Below, in pieces: positions 27,274-39,631 of a stretch of 64,000 nucleotides of DNA. Within the stretch, counting starts at the first letter, position 1. Every line of letters starts with the position of its first letter. This stretch comes from Pseudogymnoascus verrucosus. Its lineage: Eukaryota. The stretch lies in the NCBI GenBank assembly GCA_001662655.1, contig KV460218.1; one strand, written 5' to 3'. The position numbers and the translations under genes are program-made. The notes beneath the pieces were generated by a model. It saw only the letters and a program-made list of their open reading frames with translations, did not search any database and was not told the DNA's origin.

Positions 27274-27894
27274 GATTCCGATAGCTGTGACAGTGACTCT
27301 TCGTTCACAGTTGGCGAGAGGATGGATGATCGGGAGGGGGATAGAGGGTGAGGGTGAGGGTGAGGGCGAGAGGGGGGGGAAGTGCAGAAGTTGGCAGTAA
27401 TATGTAGGTCGGATGACTTGTCTGACTTAGATTCGTAATGAGTATCACCACCATCGATGACGACTTTTGAATCCTAGCCAGTAGCGGGAAGTGGGGTTAG
27501 TGCCCCGGTAAGCGGGAGACCAGCTCATCGGGGCACTAAATCGCGACTGCCGGGTTACAAACCTTACTAAATACTGTGGGGTAAGCTGCTCCTGTCCATT
27601 CACAAGACTCGTATATATAAGCTCCTACTTAAGATAATCGTGTTGGTTAAAAGTTTAAAAGGGACTTGATATAGGTTAGAAATTAAATATTATTTCAATA
27701 TGACACTGTGTAAAGAGCTGGTTTTAATAGCGCAAGGAATATTAATAGTGTTTGTTAAACTTTTATAGCGACGATACATAACTGGCACAGATTATAAGAA
27801 CCATAGTTATTAATAAGGCAACTTTACCTGCTTATCTCAAACATACATAATATTACCATCGAGAGATGGACAGACATAGAACCCAAACGTTAGT

Positions 27895-28970
27895 TTAAGC
27901 AGACATCAGCTGCAACGGGGGCGCACCCCTCCTCGCTCGTAACTTGTTGGAGTGCTCTACAACGCCCCGATCCAAAGCCCACCACCAATTCTGGAACACG
28001 ACCTGGCCAATCTCCCAGTTCTTGCCGTCGTAACAGTCTTCATTTAAAATCCTCACTCCTTCCGCCGAGTCTTCGAGGTCGTATTGCAACTTGATTAGCG
28101 CCATCGGATCCCGCGCCGCCTTCGGCCTCATTTCTACCGGCTGCGAAAATATGTAAATAAATTTGTTCCGCACTGATGGCCACGGTAGTATATCAAGTAG
28201 AGGATGATGAGGGATTGTCCCCTGGACTTCAGTCGGTTGTAGGTCTGGTGGAAGTGTTATGGAAAGAGTGGTTGATGTGAAGAGGCGAGTGGCTGTTGGG
28301 TCCCAGAGTGCATCTCCGCAGTTAAGAAGCATAGCCATCTCAAGACCTGCTTTGATAACCTTGAGCTCGGGCACCTGGAGATTCGCATCGTCCGGAAATG
28401 TGAACTGCGATGACTCGAGGGCCTGTAGCTCGGAATCGAAATCGCTCAAGTTGTAGAGCGGCGGCGTTAGGTCTTATTCAGGCCTACAGTTAGCATGTGT
28501 TCTGTGCACACGGCGTGAGACCTACTGAAGAAAACTTGATCTAGGCCATTTATATCATTGAGATAATTATCTGGGCTGCTGCCCGCACTGGTAGACAGTG
28601 AGTTCCAGGTGTTATCCGAACTTGGAGTTGATCCATCTGATACAAGACAGAAGTTATCTCCAGCCTGCACCATGTAGTTCTCCATGCATTGCTGATTTCG
28701 GTCACCGGCTCTACTGTTGACAAGGAATATCTCATTCGTGGAAAGAGCCTTGGTAGCAGCAGATCTACGTTCTAATGCATGCACTTTCTCCTGCCTTCGC
28801 TGACCTGTCCTGGCAGTTAGTATATTATATACTCCGTTGAGCGATCTTATAGCCTTGTAACCCTATGGACACTCACGATAGCGACGCTGAGCCAAGACGT
28901 TCAGAACACGCTTCCTGTCGGGATCGCCCCGTTTTGGTACTTCGAGCGATTGCGCTTCAGTTTCCGGCAT
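27895..28970 (-). CDS. bZIP-like transcription factor with C-terminal DUF3425-like domain, 2 introns
   Basis: MPETE..DRKRVLNVLAQRRY|RQRRQEKVHALE basic region split by an intron; C-terminal LQPT..Q..IPHHPLLDILPWPSVR..WEIG..F..WWW. Confidence 0.8.
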
Positions 28971-29319
28971 TATGCTTTATGATTCCTGTCATGAACTACC
29001 CAGGTGTTTTGAATTATTTACGATGCGGGGGAAGGAGAGGCGCAGCTGAAGGCCAACATGACAATGAAGGCCAAGCTATTTGCGGTTAGAACATAACGTT
29101 ATGCTTCACTCTTGGCATTTTTCGTCATGGAACATCATAACCCCATCTTGTCCATTATGCCCATAATGATCACAATAATGTTGAATAATGCTTCCGGGTA
29201 ATACAGCAGGATGTGAACTAAATTATATAAATATGGGCTTGGTCCATTTGAACCTGTATCACTCTCATATTTTCCCATCAACAGAATAATATTTCGCAAG
29301 CTATTAAGAACTCTCAAAA

Positions 29320-29868
29320 ATGGAATCAGACTCAGCATCGCAGTTCGTTCCTCAGGAACCACAGCCAACCTTCATGACCAAGGCATTTATCACAGCCCTT
29401 GCCGATGTTCGACTCCTCGTTGGAGCCACCGCAATTATCCTGCCTCTCCCATCCGCGTCCATGTTCGGGCTTCCTATCGCCTCTGCCTCTAGAAGTATCG
29501 GACAATTCTACGGAGCGCGTGAGCTAGGTATACTACGGTCCATGACTCTTCACTGAATGAATGCTAATAGCCATTTGAAAGCTATCGGCGGACTTCTGTT
29601 TGCTTCTTACAGCAGCTACATGAAATCATCCAAAGAAGATGGGATTCCACTTAAGGCAACACGCGACGCTACCAACGCCACGATAGTAGAACGGAAAGAA
29701 GCCTTGAAAAATGTCTTATGGGCATGTCTGCTTATTGATACCATCGACTTGGGAAGCATTGCTGTCAACGCGTTCAGAGGGGAGATTGGATTGCGAGCGA
29801 TGTGGATGGGTGGTGGCGCTGGGGTGGCTGGTGTGGTTTTTGCGGCCTCTGCATTGAGGGCATTGTAA
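29320..29868 (+). CDS. Small membrane protein (DUF4267-like); intron 29528..29581; alternative start 29374
   Basis: Hydrophobic segments; FYGAREL|AIGGLL motif restored by splicing; D..D..S in a later helix. Confidence 0.65.
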
Positions 29869-30156
29869 GGAGGTTTTGTTTGAGCAATGTTGTGAGATTA
29901 TTTAGATTGGCGCAGAACTGAATGGGTTATAAATATACGCATGGGATTTAGTGGTTATGTTTGTTCGAGCTGCCCGCTGGTGCTGAGTCGATGGTCTCTG
30001 TGGCCAGCGCCTAGTTCATATTTCATCCCAAAGAAGCTCATTTCGCGTCTTGCCATATGCCAAGGTTTGCTGTACTTTTTACTTGTTTTGAGGCACCGAC
30101 TAAGGTGGCATCTATATACAGTACTCTCCCATTGTAACCCCCATTTACATCCCCGC

Positions 30157-32748
30157 CTACACAGGTTCATCTGCCCAATCCGCCTCCGCATAACTCCCAC
30201 CCTCCGCCCTACCTCTCGCATCCAGCTTCGCTAAAAACTCCGGAGGCACCGTCGGGATATACTTTCTCTCCCTCTCTCTATTCACCCCTCCAAACCCAGC
30301 CCCGAAACTAACTAGCATATCCGTGCTCGTCGGCAGCGAAAATGGAAGCATGAGTGCGGGATCTAGTAATAAATTCTCGGGCGCATCCTCCTCCTCCTCT
30401 TCCTCTTCGCGCTGTATCGAGTCAGGCGTCGGGGGTACGCTGCTGTTGCCATTGTTCTGCCCAGGTTTTACAGGCGTTGAAGGCGCCGAGTCGCCTGGTC
30501 TCGGTGATGAGGCAGCAGCACGCTGGCGATCTTTCCGTGCTTGCGTTTCTCGTTGGAGATTGATGATGTATTTCATGGCGCTCTTCGGTAGACCCTTCTC
30601 GCCGACTTCGGGACGGTAGTGTTTCACGGAATGGATGAGTTGTTGTGGCGTTAGTTTCGTAAGTTGCTGGAGAGTCCCGACAAGACTCTCAAAGTCGTCC
30701 GGGGCAAGGGATGAAAAACACTGCAACCACTGAAGGAGCTGTATGACAGGAGCGAGATGGCGGCGCGCCGCTTCGACTGTGGTCTCACCTGACGCGGACA
30801 TGGATCCGTTTTCGTAATGCTCCGGCTTGCGATTGTTCGCGCGAGCCCAGTCCTCGAGGATGGAGATGTTCATGCGGATCTGCATCGCCTTGGTGCGGGC
30901 TAGATAACGCCGATTGGACATGACGCGGTTGAAGAGCTCGGCAGCGATCCAGTAGAAGAGCTGAGCGAGGATCTGTGCCGAGATGACGGTGTGAATGTCA
31001 TATAGGTCGAGGACGAAGAGGGTTGAGGAGAGGAGGGACGTCACGTTGCGCGGGGCTGGCTTCGCGCGCTGTTTCGGGGACGGTGGTCGGAAGCGCTTTT
31101 CTGCAGGCTGCTCCTTGACAGTCGTTTTTCGCTTGAAGATCTTCCATTCGTCCTGGAAGGCAATGTCTTCGAATCCGGGGATTGTTTCGTGGTCGAGCAT
31201 TGCGGGGTCGAGGACCTTGTCTATCCTGCGTTCTGCGTCTCTGATGATAAGGATGAATATCTCATTGATGAGCTCCGCTAACTGCAGCTGAAATTCTCCC
31301 GTAGATTCCGAGAGTCCCCCATCCTTCTTCAAGTAATGTAGTAGGAGTGTGGCGTTCGACATCCAAAACGCCAAGATTGTCATATCCCACTGATATGCCT
31401 CGACGACATCGTTGATTTTGTCCATGGCCATGATGAGTAGCTTGCCGAGGAGCTCTTGACTGGAGTGGTAGTGTGCGTAGCGCGCGCTGAGGAAAATCAT
31501 GTTTGCTGGCACCGGTTTTTGTGAGGTTGATCTTTGGGGCGTCATGTTGGTGATGACAATATCCAAGATGCGGTTCAGCTCACTTTCTTGGAAGACGAAC
31601 ATTTGATCGTGCAGGCAGCGCGCCCAGTCGAATTCCTGCATTTCCTCTTCCAATTCTTCGGGGGTCTACAAAGTCAGCACAGTCCCCGGTAGGGAAGTTT
31701 GATCTCACCTCTGGCTGGTCATCCATCCCAACATTTCCCAGATCGACCTCCAGATCCCTTGCGCTCTCCATCATCATGCGCCGCCTCAATTCGTTTTCGG
31801 CCATCTCCTCTTCGAAGCGATCTTGCTCAAAGCCAGCATTGTAAAAGTCGTCTGCCACACCGGCATTCCCAATGTGATACCCACTATCATGAAGATAATC
31901 CGAGAGCTCGCTGTCGGGTGCAACAAAGTCGAAGGCGGTGCGGCCAGAAGATGATTTTGCGTCCGGGGAGGCGCCTGCGTCGAGGAGGGTTTTGGCGATT
32001 CCTTTGTGTCGGTTGGTCATGGCCCACATGAGCGCACTCCATTGGTTTCGGTCTTGCTTGTCGACGTTGGCCCCAGCTTCAAGGAGGGCGACTACCACTG
32101 GTTCATGGCCCTACATTTGTTAGATGGGACTTATAGCTTGGGGAGGGGGACGTACAAAGCAGCTGGCATAAATTAGTGGTGCCGTGCCCTCCTCATCTGG
32201 CAGATCCAGATCGACGAACTTCCTCGCATCCCCTCCCAGAATCCGTTGTATGCGCTCTACATCTCCATTACTGGCCGCCATATTCAGCGCCCGTTGCAAC
32301 GTTGTCCTCTTTTCCGCATCGTCCAATTTCTCGTCCGCTGCGATTGCGTCTTCGTCTCCGTCTGGTGCCGACCCGTCACGGTGTGCGGCCTGAGCAGCGA
32401 GCATCTCCATCAGCCTGTTGTCGCTGTCCTCGACTCGTTGGGAGACATCGCCAAAATCGTCCGAGAGGGAAAGATTGTTGAACTGTAAGGGTCTGGCGAG
32501 CACTGGCGCAGTGAGGAACTGTGATTGTCCTATGTTATATTAGCGGGGTCCTTCACCGCATGAGGAGACGCACCCTGCCACGCATCATACATCTCCGTCT
32601 CTGCTGTATACTCGGGAATGGCGCGGCGATCGTTGAGGGATTTGGGGAGGTCGGCGGGGAGCTCTTTCGGTTTCGGCCTGGTGGGGGACAGCTCATCGTC
32701 GCTGTAGGTGGCAGCAGGGACCCCGCCATCGGGGTCCTCAGTGTTCAT
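30157..32748 (-). CDS. Ankyrin-repeat and DIL (dilute) domain protein, 3 introns
   Basis: Ankyrin motifs (ALNMAASNGD, PLIYASCF, WSALMWAMTNRH); DIL domain (QLFYWIAAELFNRVM..AMQIRMNISILEDW..LTPQQL). Confidence 0.88.
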
Positions 32749-33043
32749 TGTGGCCTGTCGGGCGTTGTATTCATGCGTGGTGGTGAGGGCGAGATGCGTA
32801 GGTTAGATGCTTGGTAACATGGCGAGAGAAGGTATTATCTCGTGCTTTATATCTTTGTCGTAGTCGTTTTGGAAATTCCAAAATATGGTGGTGGTGGTTG
32901 GCCGATGCCTTGAGGGGCGCGTCATTGGTTAGTGGCTTGTTTGATGTCCTGGGCGGTGAATGAAACGAGTGATTCTGCCGGATTGTCCTCGGGAGCTTCA
33001 AAATATATAGCAACGATGCCTCTCGGCGCCTCCAACAGTAACG

Positions 33044-34519
33044 ATGCCTCCACGCATACGACCTCTCCTTCGCCGGCCGCAATGGCGCTCTTACCATCCA
33101 TCGCCTCGACTCCGGGCCGAACCTTCTCGACCTTCTATTGCTCAGAAACCGACCATTGACATCAAGCACATCCGCCAAAATCCGGACCTTTACACACAAA
33201 ACGCGATTGAGCGAAACTACGGAGCTCAGAGTTCGAATCCGCAGCGTATCACCGAGCTGTTTGCGCAATGGCAGGGACACCAGCGGGATGGTCGATCTAT
33301 GCGCGAACAGAGCAATGTTCTGCAGGCTGCGCTCGCGAACCCGAAATCGGCCAAACACCAAGACGCCGCGCGAGCGATTGGATTCGACGACTTGAGCAGA
33401 GATGGGATTATTGCCGCCAGCCGCAGCCTGAAGAGTAAACTGGCGAGCATTGAAACGGAAGAGGCGGAATTGACTCGGTCGATCGAAGGGCTGGCCCTCG
33501 AGTTGCCGAATTTCACAAGCCCTGACACCCCGCGCGGACACGAAGCAAGGGTGGTGAGCTACATCAATGAGCATCCGTCTGGGGAGTCGGAAAAGTCTCA
33601 CGTCGATATTGGAACCTCTCTTGGGATACTCGACTTTGCGAGCGCAGGCTCAACGTCTGGGTGGGGATGGTACTACCTTATGGGTGCTGCGGCACAGCTC
33701 GAGCAGGCGCTGGTGCAGTTTGCGCTTTCGAAGGCGACGGCACGCGGATGGACGCTTGTGGCGCCGCCGAGTATTGTGTACTCCCACGTCGCGGCAGCGT
33801 GCGGATTCATGCCCAGAGACCAGAGCGGCGAGACGCAAATATACACGATTGCGCAGGGGGAGGCGGATGTGGCTCGCGGACGTCCAGAACTGTGTCTGGC
33901 GGGGACGGCAGAGATTCCACTCGCGGGGATGGGTGCAGGTGCGGTGTTGGATTCTGCGGTGCTTCCGAGGAAGTATGTCGCTTCCAGCCGCTGTTATCGA
34001 GCAGAGGCAGGCGCGAGGGGGGTAGATACGAAGGGGCTGTACCGAGTGCACGAGTTTACAAAGGTTGAGCTGTTCTCATGGACCACGCCAGAGCTCGAGG
34101 CCGCGACGGAGGTGTTTGACGAGATTGTAGAGATGCAAGTGGAGGTTTTGCGCGAGCTGGGACTACACTGCCGCGTGCTCGAGATGCCGAGCACTGATCT
34201 TGGTGCGAGCGCTTTCCGGAAGAAGGATATCGAGGCGTTCTTTCCGTCGCGGAGGGGGAGGGATGGGGGGTATGGTGAGGTCACGTCGGCGAGCGTGTGT
34301 ACAGATTTTCAAGCGCGACGACTCGGCACGAAGATGAGTCGAGCAGGGAAGAAGGAGTGGGTGTATACGGTTAATGGGACGGGCATGGCAGTGCCGAGAG
34401 TGCTCGCGGCGGTGTTGGAGAATGGGTGGGATGAGGGGAGGGGGGAGGCGAGGGTTCCCGAGTGTCTATGGCCGTGGATGGGGGGGATGGAGGTTATAAA
34501 GGGGAAGAATGTAGTATAG
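33044..34519 (+). CDS. DIA4: Mitochondrial seryl-tRNA synthetase
   Basis: Arg-rich presequence; LAGTAEIPL, CYRAEAG, GLYRVHEFTKVELF, EVTSAS.CTDFQARRL, TVNGT..AVPR class II SerRS motifs. Confidence 0.93.
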   Translation: MPPRIRPLLRRPQWRSYHPSPRLRAEPSRPSIAQKPTIDIKHIRQNPDLYTQNAIERNYGAQSSNPQRITELFAQWQGHQRDGRSMREQSNVLQAALANPKSAKHQDAARAIGFDDLSRDGIIAASRSLKSKLASIETEEAELTRSIEGLALELPNFTSPDTPRGHEARVVSYINEHPSGESEKSHVDIGTSLGILDFASAGSTSGWGWYYLMGAAAQLEQALVQFALSKATARGWTLVAPPSIVYSHVAAACGFMPRDQSGETQIYTIAQGEADVARGRPELCLAGTAEIPLAGMGAGAVLDSAVLPRKYVASSRCYRAEAGARGVDTKGLYRVHEFTKVELFSWTTPELEAATEVFDEIVEMQVEVLRELGLHCRVLEMPSTDLGASAFRKKDIEAFFPSRRGRDGGYGEVTSASVCTDFQARRLGTKMSRAGKKEWVYTVNGTGMAVPRVLAAVLENGWDEGRGEARVPECLWPWMGGMEVIKGKNVV

Positions 34520-34889
34520 ATAGTAATGAGAGTTTTGTAGTTTATAGTCGCGCTCCCTATTGCATGCAACTATAGTTGCTCTTGCTCTTTTCTACTATGC
34601 CCGTCACTATCGTTCGTTCCAACTGTTGCCGTTACCCTTGCTCCTTTCTGCTATGCCCGTCGCCATCGTTCGTTCCTACTGCCTCTGTTACTCTTACGCG
34701 TTACTATTCCGCCTATTACTTTATGTGTTTATACTATTCTACGCGCAATTAACTATGTTGACGACGAGGAGGAGGAACATAAGGAGGAGGATTAGGTTAT
34801 AGAGCCTATACTTAGAAATAAAATAGGATTCTTCTATTATATTACACGAATTATCACTCACGATTCTATAAAAGTCTTAAACTAGATCT

Positions 34890-36123
34890 CTGTTCACTTT
34901 CGAAAGCCGGAGTGATGGAGACACAAAAGCATCAGAAAATATAATGTTGCTCCAACCACTAAAACATCCCTGCTAATATTTCCGGAGTAACGGATCAACT
35001 GCAAAGTTCGGCCTAAAGACCGCCGACTTAACAGAAGAATCACCCTTTCCTCTATGTTCAGCCCATTATTGTTAGATAGATGTGCACTTTTCGCTTCGGG
35101 ACACATTCGCCCGGCGAAGTAGTGACTGTATATACAACCTAATTTCATAATGGACCCAACTACGACTCCATGTTTTGATTTCTTACGTCCTTTTATATGC
35201 TTGGTCTGTGCAGGGGTTCGAGTCCACTGAATGGTCCGGACATCAACATATTTAAGGCAAGGGAGTTCTTGCCAGCACATCCGGTGAGTTCGGCCATGGT
35301 ATCATAAATATTCTGCGCCTCTGGTGCGTTATACCTGTACGTCTTCGGCTAAAACGGCGACGAAGCATGCGCTTTTGAGAATAGAGGCGGGTTCGCCTTG
35401 CCTCCATTCGCAATGACCTGCGCTACTACACTTCCACCACCGGCTGACTGGCCCTAGATGGTAACGTTTTTCGGGTCTCCACCGAATTGTTTAATATACT
35501 TATGCGTCCATATCAACGACTCCTGCTAGTCGAGAAGTCCCAGGTTGAAATCCGACTTCCTATCCGCAGCGATCTTAGCACCAGGAAGGAAGCCAAAAGC
35601 GTTGACTCTGTAATTCGGGTACACGAAGATAAAGTTGTTGGCTTCTGACACATTGAGGATTGGGTATCCGGCTGGTGGGAGCGTGAAGGAACCGCCGCCT
35701 TGGATAAAGGCGCCACCATAGTACACGACGACTACGGGTCGGAGCGGTTGCGAGGCATCCCAGGGTCGGGAGTAGAGCCCGAGGTATAAACAGTCCTCTG
35801 TGCCGCTTACCTGTACTTATTATCAGTCGAGTATTGTTAGGGGATGAGGGGGCTCACGGTTCGCTGATGGCAGTAATCATATCTCTAGTCCGAGTCGTAG
35901 GTGCCGTTAGTTATCGGAAGCGGAGGCTGTGGGGCTCGAAATCTGTTTTCCCCAGTTGGTGGAGCAGCGAAGGGTATTTTTCTCTAGTAGCTTATATTAT
36001 ACTCTGGTGAGTATGAGCCCTGAAACGTTCCATAGTCTAGGGCAGCAGTTAGTTCTACCGCTTAAGCCGACGCTGTGAGGAATGAGAGGACGAAGAAATC
36101 GCAGATGCAAAGAGTCGCGCCAT
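34890..36123 (-). pseudogene. Type-B carboxylesterase/lipase pseudogene
   Basis: IPFAAPPTGENRFRAPQPP, EDCLYL, YYGGAF, NYRVNAFGFL, FGGDPKNVTI*GQSAGG. In-frame TAG stops at 35984-86, 35526-28, 35454-56 and 35349-51; 3' end truncated. Confidence 0.88.
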
Positions 36124-36679
36124 GGCTTCAATGTCAAATTGTCCAATTTTCTAAAGCTATCGCAGGTCGCTGGAACAAACAGTAATAACCGTAAGGTGGG
36201 GGTTCTTACCGTTGACGGTTTACCCCACCATGCCCTGCCATGATAAAGGTTATTTTCTGGTATCGCGGGGTATGGGGTAAATAAAGAATTGACCAGTGGG
36301 AATAACTCCACGAATAGCTCTATGAGCTATACGACCTGCCTGCCGATCGTTATCGGCACTGGTTGAGTCGGCATTTAATACCCCGAACTCTATACGATGC
36401 TTATGGGGATTAATAAATAATCCCCGCTCGGCCGAATGCATTTTTGCATGCCGTGGTAACATCAAGAAACGCATGAATGCAAGCTTCGCTGGCAATTATC
36501 ACTTTGAATGTCCATGGAGCGTACTGGATGGAGCAGACGCGGCGGGGTATAATAAAGTGGAGCATAATACAGCTCAATTGTTCCAAATGTAATCATAACG
36601 ATTCTATTGAAGATGAGGAATAACTCAACCATACGTGTCAACATCTAGATTATATCTATAGACGGTTTATCTACTAAAA

Positions 36680-37668
36680 TTAGCACTGATACTCGATATG
36701 GCTTGCATTAGCATTGAGGTATGGCGCCAGCTGTGACTGTCTGAATAGAGATCGCTTTTCACATTTAACAGCCGTAACAAATGCTTCTGTATTGACTATA
36801 TGATTGTAAGCCACCAGTTACGTTAATGTATATTATAAGACTTACTTTCGGCCCCCGGCCAACTGGTGTGCGTAAAATCATCGAGTGGATAGTATGGCGC
36901 TGTAGCGTTGACAGATCTAAATGCCTGCCATCTGTTCACGGCATATTTCGTGTGATCAATATACTCAACATGCTCTTGCTCAGCCACCTTATTGCCTTCA
37001 AGTTAGAATCTACTCGCTCGTGGTGCAGTTCGAACATAGACTTACCTCTCGCTCATAATCGGCAAATGCCCAGTCCGTCTCCAAAACACCCCCATTCCAA
37101 GACATAATAGGCACCATGCCACTCAGGATCGGCACCCCACCCGCATGCTTCACATCGGAGATCATTTTTCTCAAATAATGCCCAAACGTGTACACTCGCT
37201 CAGTCGTGCCTCCTGTGGCATTACTCGCGACAACCACACTCTCATGCCCAATTCCTGGAAGAGTGGCACGGAACTTGGTATCAGTCGTAGGATCACCATT
37301 GTCATTATGTCCCATCTCGATCAGCACGATTGTTCCCTCGCCAGGAACAATACTCGCTACGAGAGAGCCCCATAGACCTTCGTTGATGAAAGAGCGTGTG
37401 CTACGCCCACCACGAGCGAGGTTCGTGATGTTGAGGTTGAAGAAATTATGCATGTAGAAGCCCCATCTGGAACTAGTTAATTTGGTTCGAATATATATTT
37501 CAAAGTAATTTACCCTTGGATTAAACTCGTTTTACCATAGGGCATGGTAGTGCTGTCAGAACATATGAGAAGCTGGCGTTGGGGGACAGGCTTGGTTGGG
37601 AATGCATCCGTAGAGGAGAGAATGGCAGTAATGGCAAGGCCGACCTGGGACGTGATACTAAGCTTCAT
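36680..37668 (-). CDS. Secreted SGNH esterase, CE12 rhamnogalacturonan acetylesterase-like, 3 introns
   Basis: Signal peptide; ICSDSTT (block I), QG|WG, NLARGGRSTRSF (block II), IEMGHND (block III), DFTHTS (block V); spliced frame appears intact. Confidence 0.85.
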
Positions 37669-38413
37669 GATGAATTATTTCCGAGATACTAATAAATACT
37701 ATGAGTGAGATTTGTAAACCAGACTCCCAAGAAAGCATAATGGGAGATATTAACGCTACTTATAACACTCACGAAAAGGATTTGATGATCGCTAATTTAA
37801 GCTATACTAAGGTTTCAATTTCCAATACTATAATGTACGATCTGCTATAATCTAGATTATTGCGGCTAGGAAATAAATTATTTCGTGGAATATGATTATA
37901 TGCATCGGAATAATAAAATCCGGGTCAGATCTGCATTCGCTTGATACAAGCTTTTTAGCGGGGAAACCCCTCACTTTTCTTACTACTCGGAGTTTGATGC
38001 ACCGGTTACTTCTGAAAATGATGTTTTTGTTCCTTTTCTCCGAGGGAACTATTATAAGAGTCTATTTTAAGTGCATGTGGAGCCATCTTTGTGGCACTCG
38101 GTCTAGTATTAGGTACGGTAAAATAAAATATGTCAAACAGCTTTCGAAAAGCATAAATGCATTTTCTCATTCAACTCAGGCTTTCAATACCTGCTTCTAA
38201 AGGAGGTCTAATACGTAAACCAGCGCCGGGGTGCTTTATGTAGAAGCATTTATTATAAAGCAGCTATTCTATATCTACGGACACAGAGAAAGACGCTAAG
38301 CCAGCTTGCATATTCGCAGCTCATAAAGACTAAACGGTTACAGATATCTTGAAATGATGCTTTAAACGGATAAATAGAACTTTTATTATAGCTTGTAGAT
38401 CCCATAAATGGCT

Positions 38414-38965
38414 CTAAAATGCTACAGCGGCAACGAGAGCATCTAGTGCGGAACTCTGTGTCGATGCGTTGGCTGGATTAATAAATGGCACCGACCACAC
38501 CAGGCTCAGCTGATTCCGGTCATTCCGATCTTGATTCCAAGGGCTGTCAGCATTCGCTGTAATAAAGCCCAAGTAGTCATCCGACTGCGATGCTGCCTGC
38601 AAGATTTGCAAGTTGCGCATAAAAATGCCCTTAAACCATGGGGCATCAGCTCCACAGTTTGGCTCACACGGATCATGCAGAATCCCATCTGAGTCCGTCA
38701 AACCTAATATGGCTGCTTTGGCAATGCTATGGGCTGTATCGATATAGTAATCATAGCCAGATGCGGCATCCAGCTCAACCAGTGCACCCAGGGTTTGGCC
38801 CTGGTTGTATGACCACTCAGTCCCGCCATTGTTCGCGCAATCGCCCGTAAGGCTGTCATTAATCAGGTTTCGCTCGTTGATCATACCGGATTGACAAAAC
38901 CAATCCCATTGTGCGAGAGCCTCGTTGAAGTAAGTCTCTTTTTGTCCGCTGACACGATTTAGCAA
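38414..38965 (-). pseudogene. 5'-truncated GH76 alpha-1,6-mannanase-like fragment
   Basis: QWDWFCQSGMIN..LIND, WSYNQG, FKGIFMRNL, STQSSALDALVAA; the N-terminal half with signal peptide and YDD catalytic motif is absent. Confidence 0.78.
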
Positions 38966-38974
38966 CATATCAAG

Positions 38975-39631
38975 TTGATATGTCTTTTGAAGAACCAAAC
39001 TCCAGATAATCTCCGCGCTAGATTAGGCGATGGTCGGTGGGAGCTCAAGCCAAACGACGTCTCTACGGTTTATGAAAATGTACCATCTCGCTCAGTTATC
39101 CGTCAGCTATGCTCTGTGAGCCTGGCCTTAGCGGTTCAAGACCACCTAGACATTATATAGAATTCTAGGAGTTCGAGTTCGATCAGACAACACCCTGACC
39201 CCTTTAAATGGAAAAAAGTCTTTAAAAAGCATACCGAACTTGGCTGGGACTATTTCCGAGAAGTCCAGACTGCCCAAACGCAGTCCGCAATTAGCTGTGG
39301 TGGGCCATGTCGCTTCTACGACCATAGAGATATGCACCATGCTAGAATTCTAAGTATGGGTACGTGCCCATACCTGTATCTCACCACTGATCCAAAGCGT
39401 CACAATGATTGGGAAAGTCTACTTAGGGAAGAGGAGCTGGTGGAAGTGGCCCAGCCTACGGAAGATGAGCCCGTGGAAGAGGAGCCCGTGGAAGAAGTGC
39501 CTGTGGAAGAAGTGCCTGCGGAAGAGGCACTCGGTCAGGTCGGCGTATTGGTCTCTGACAGCAACTCAGATGGCAAGATACTCGTCTTTGTTGGAATATT
39601 AGAGGCCGATGGCGGGTTGGCAGGTATATAG
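38975..39631 (+). pseudogene. 5'-truncated gene fragment resembling the C-terminus of fungal BTB-domain proteins
   Basis: One frame with TAG at 39158-60: VSTVYENVPSRSVIRQLC..WKKVF..ELGWDYF..GGPCRFYDH then acidic EEPVEE repeats. The family call is by recalled motif resemblance. Confidence 0.5.

Noticed and set aside
32771..33601. 276-aa minus-strand ORF
   Set aside because: Antisense to seryl-tRNA synthetase; no recognisable domain.
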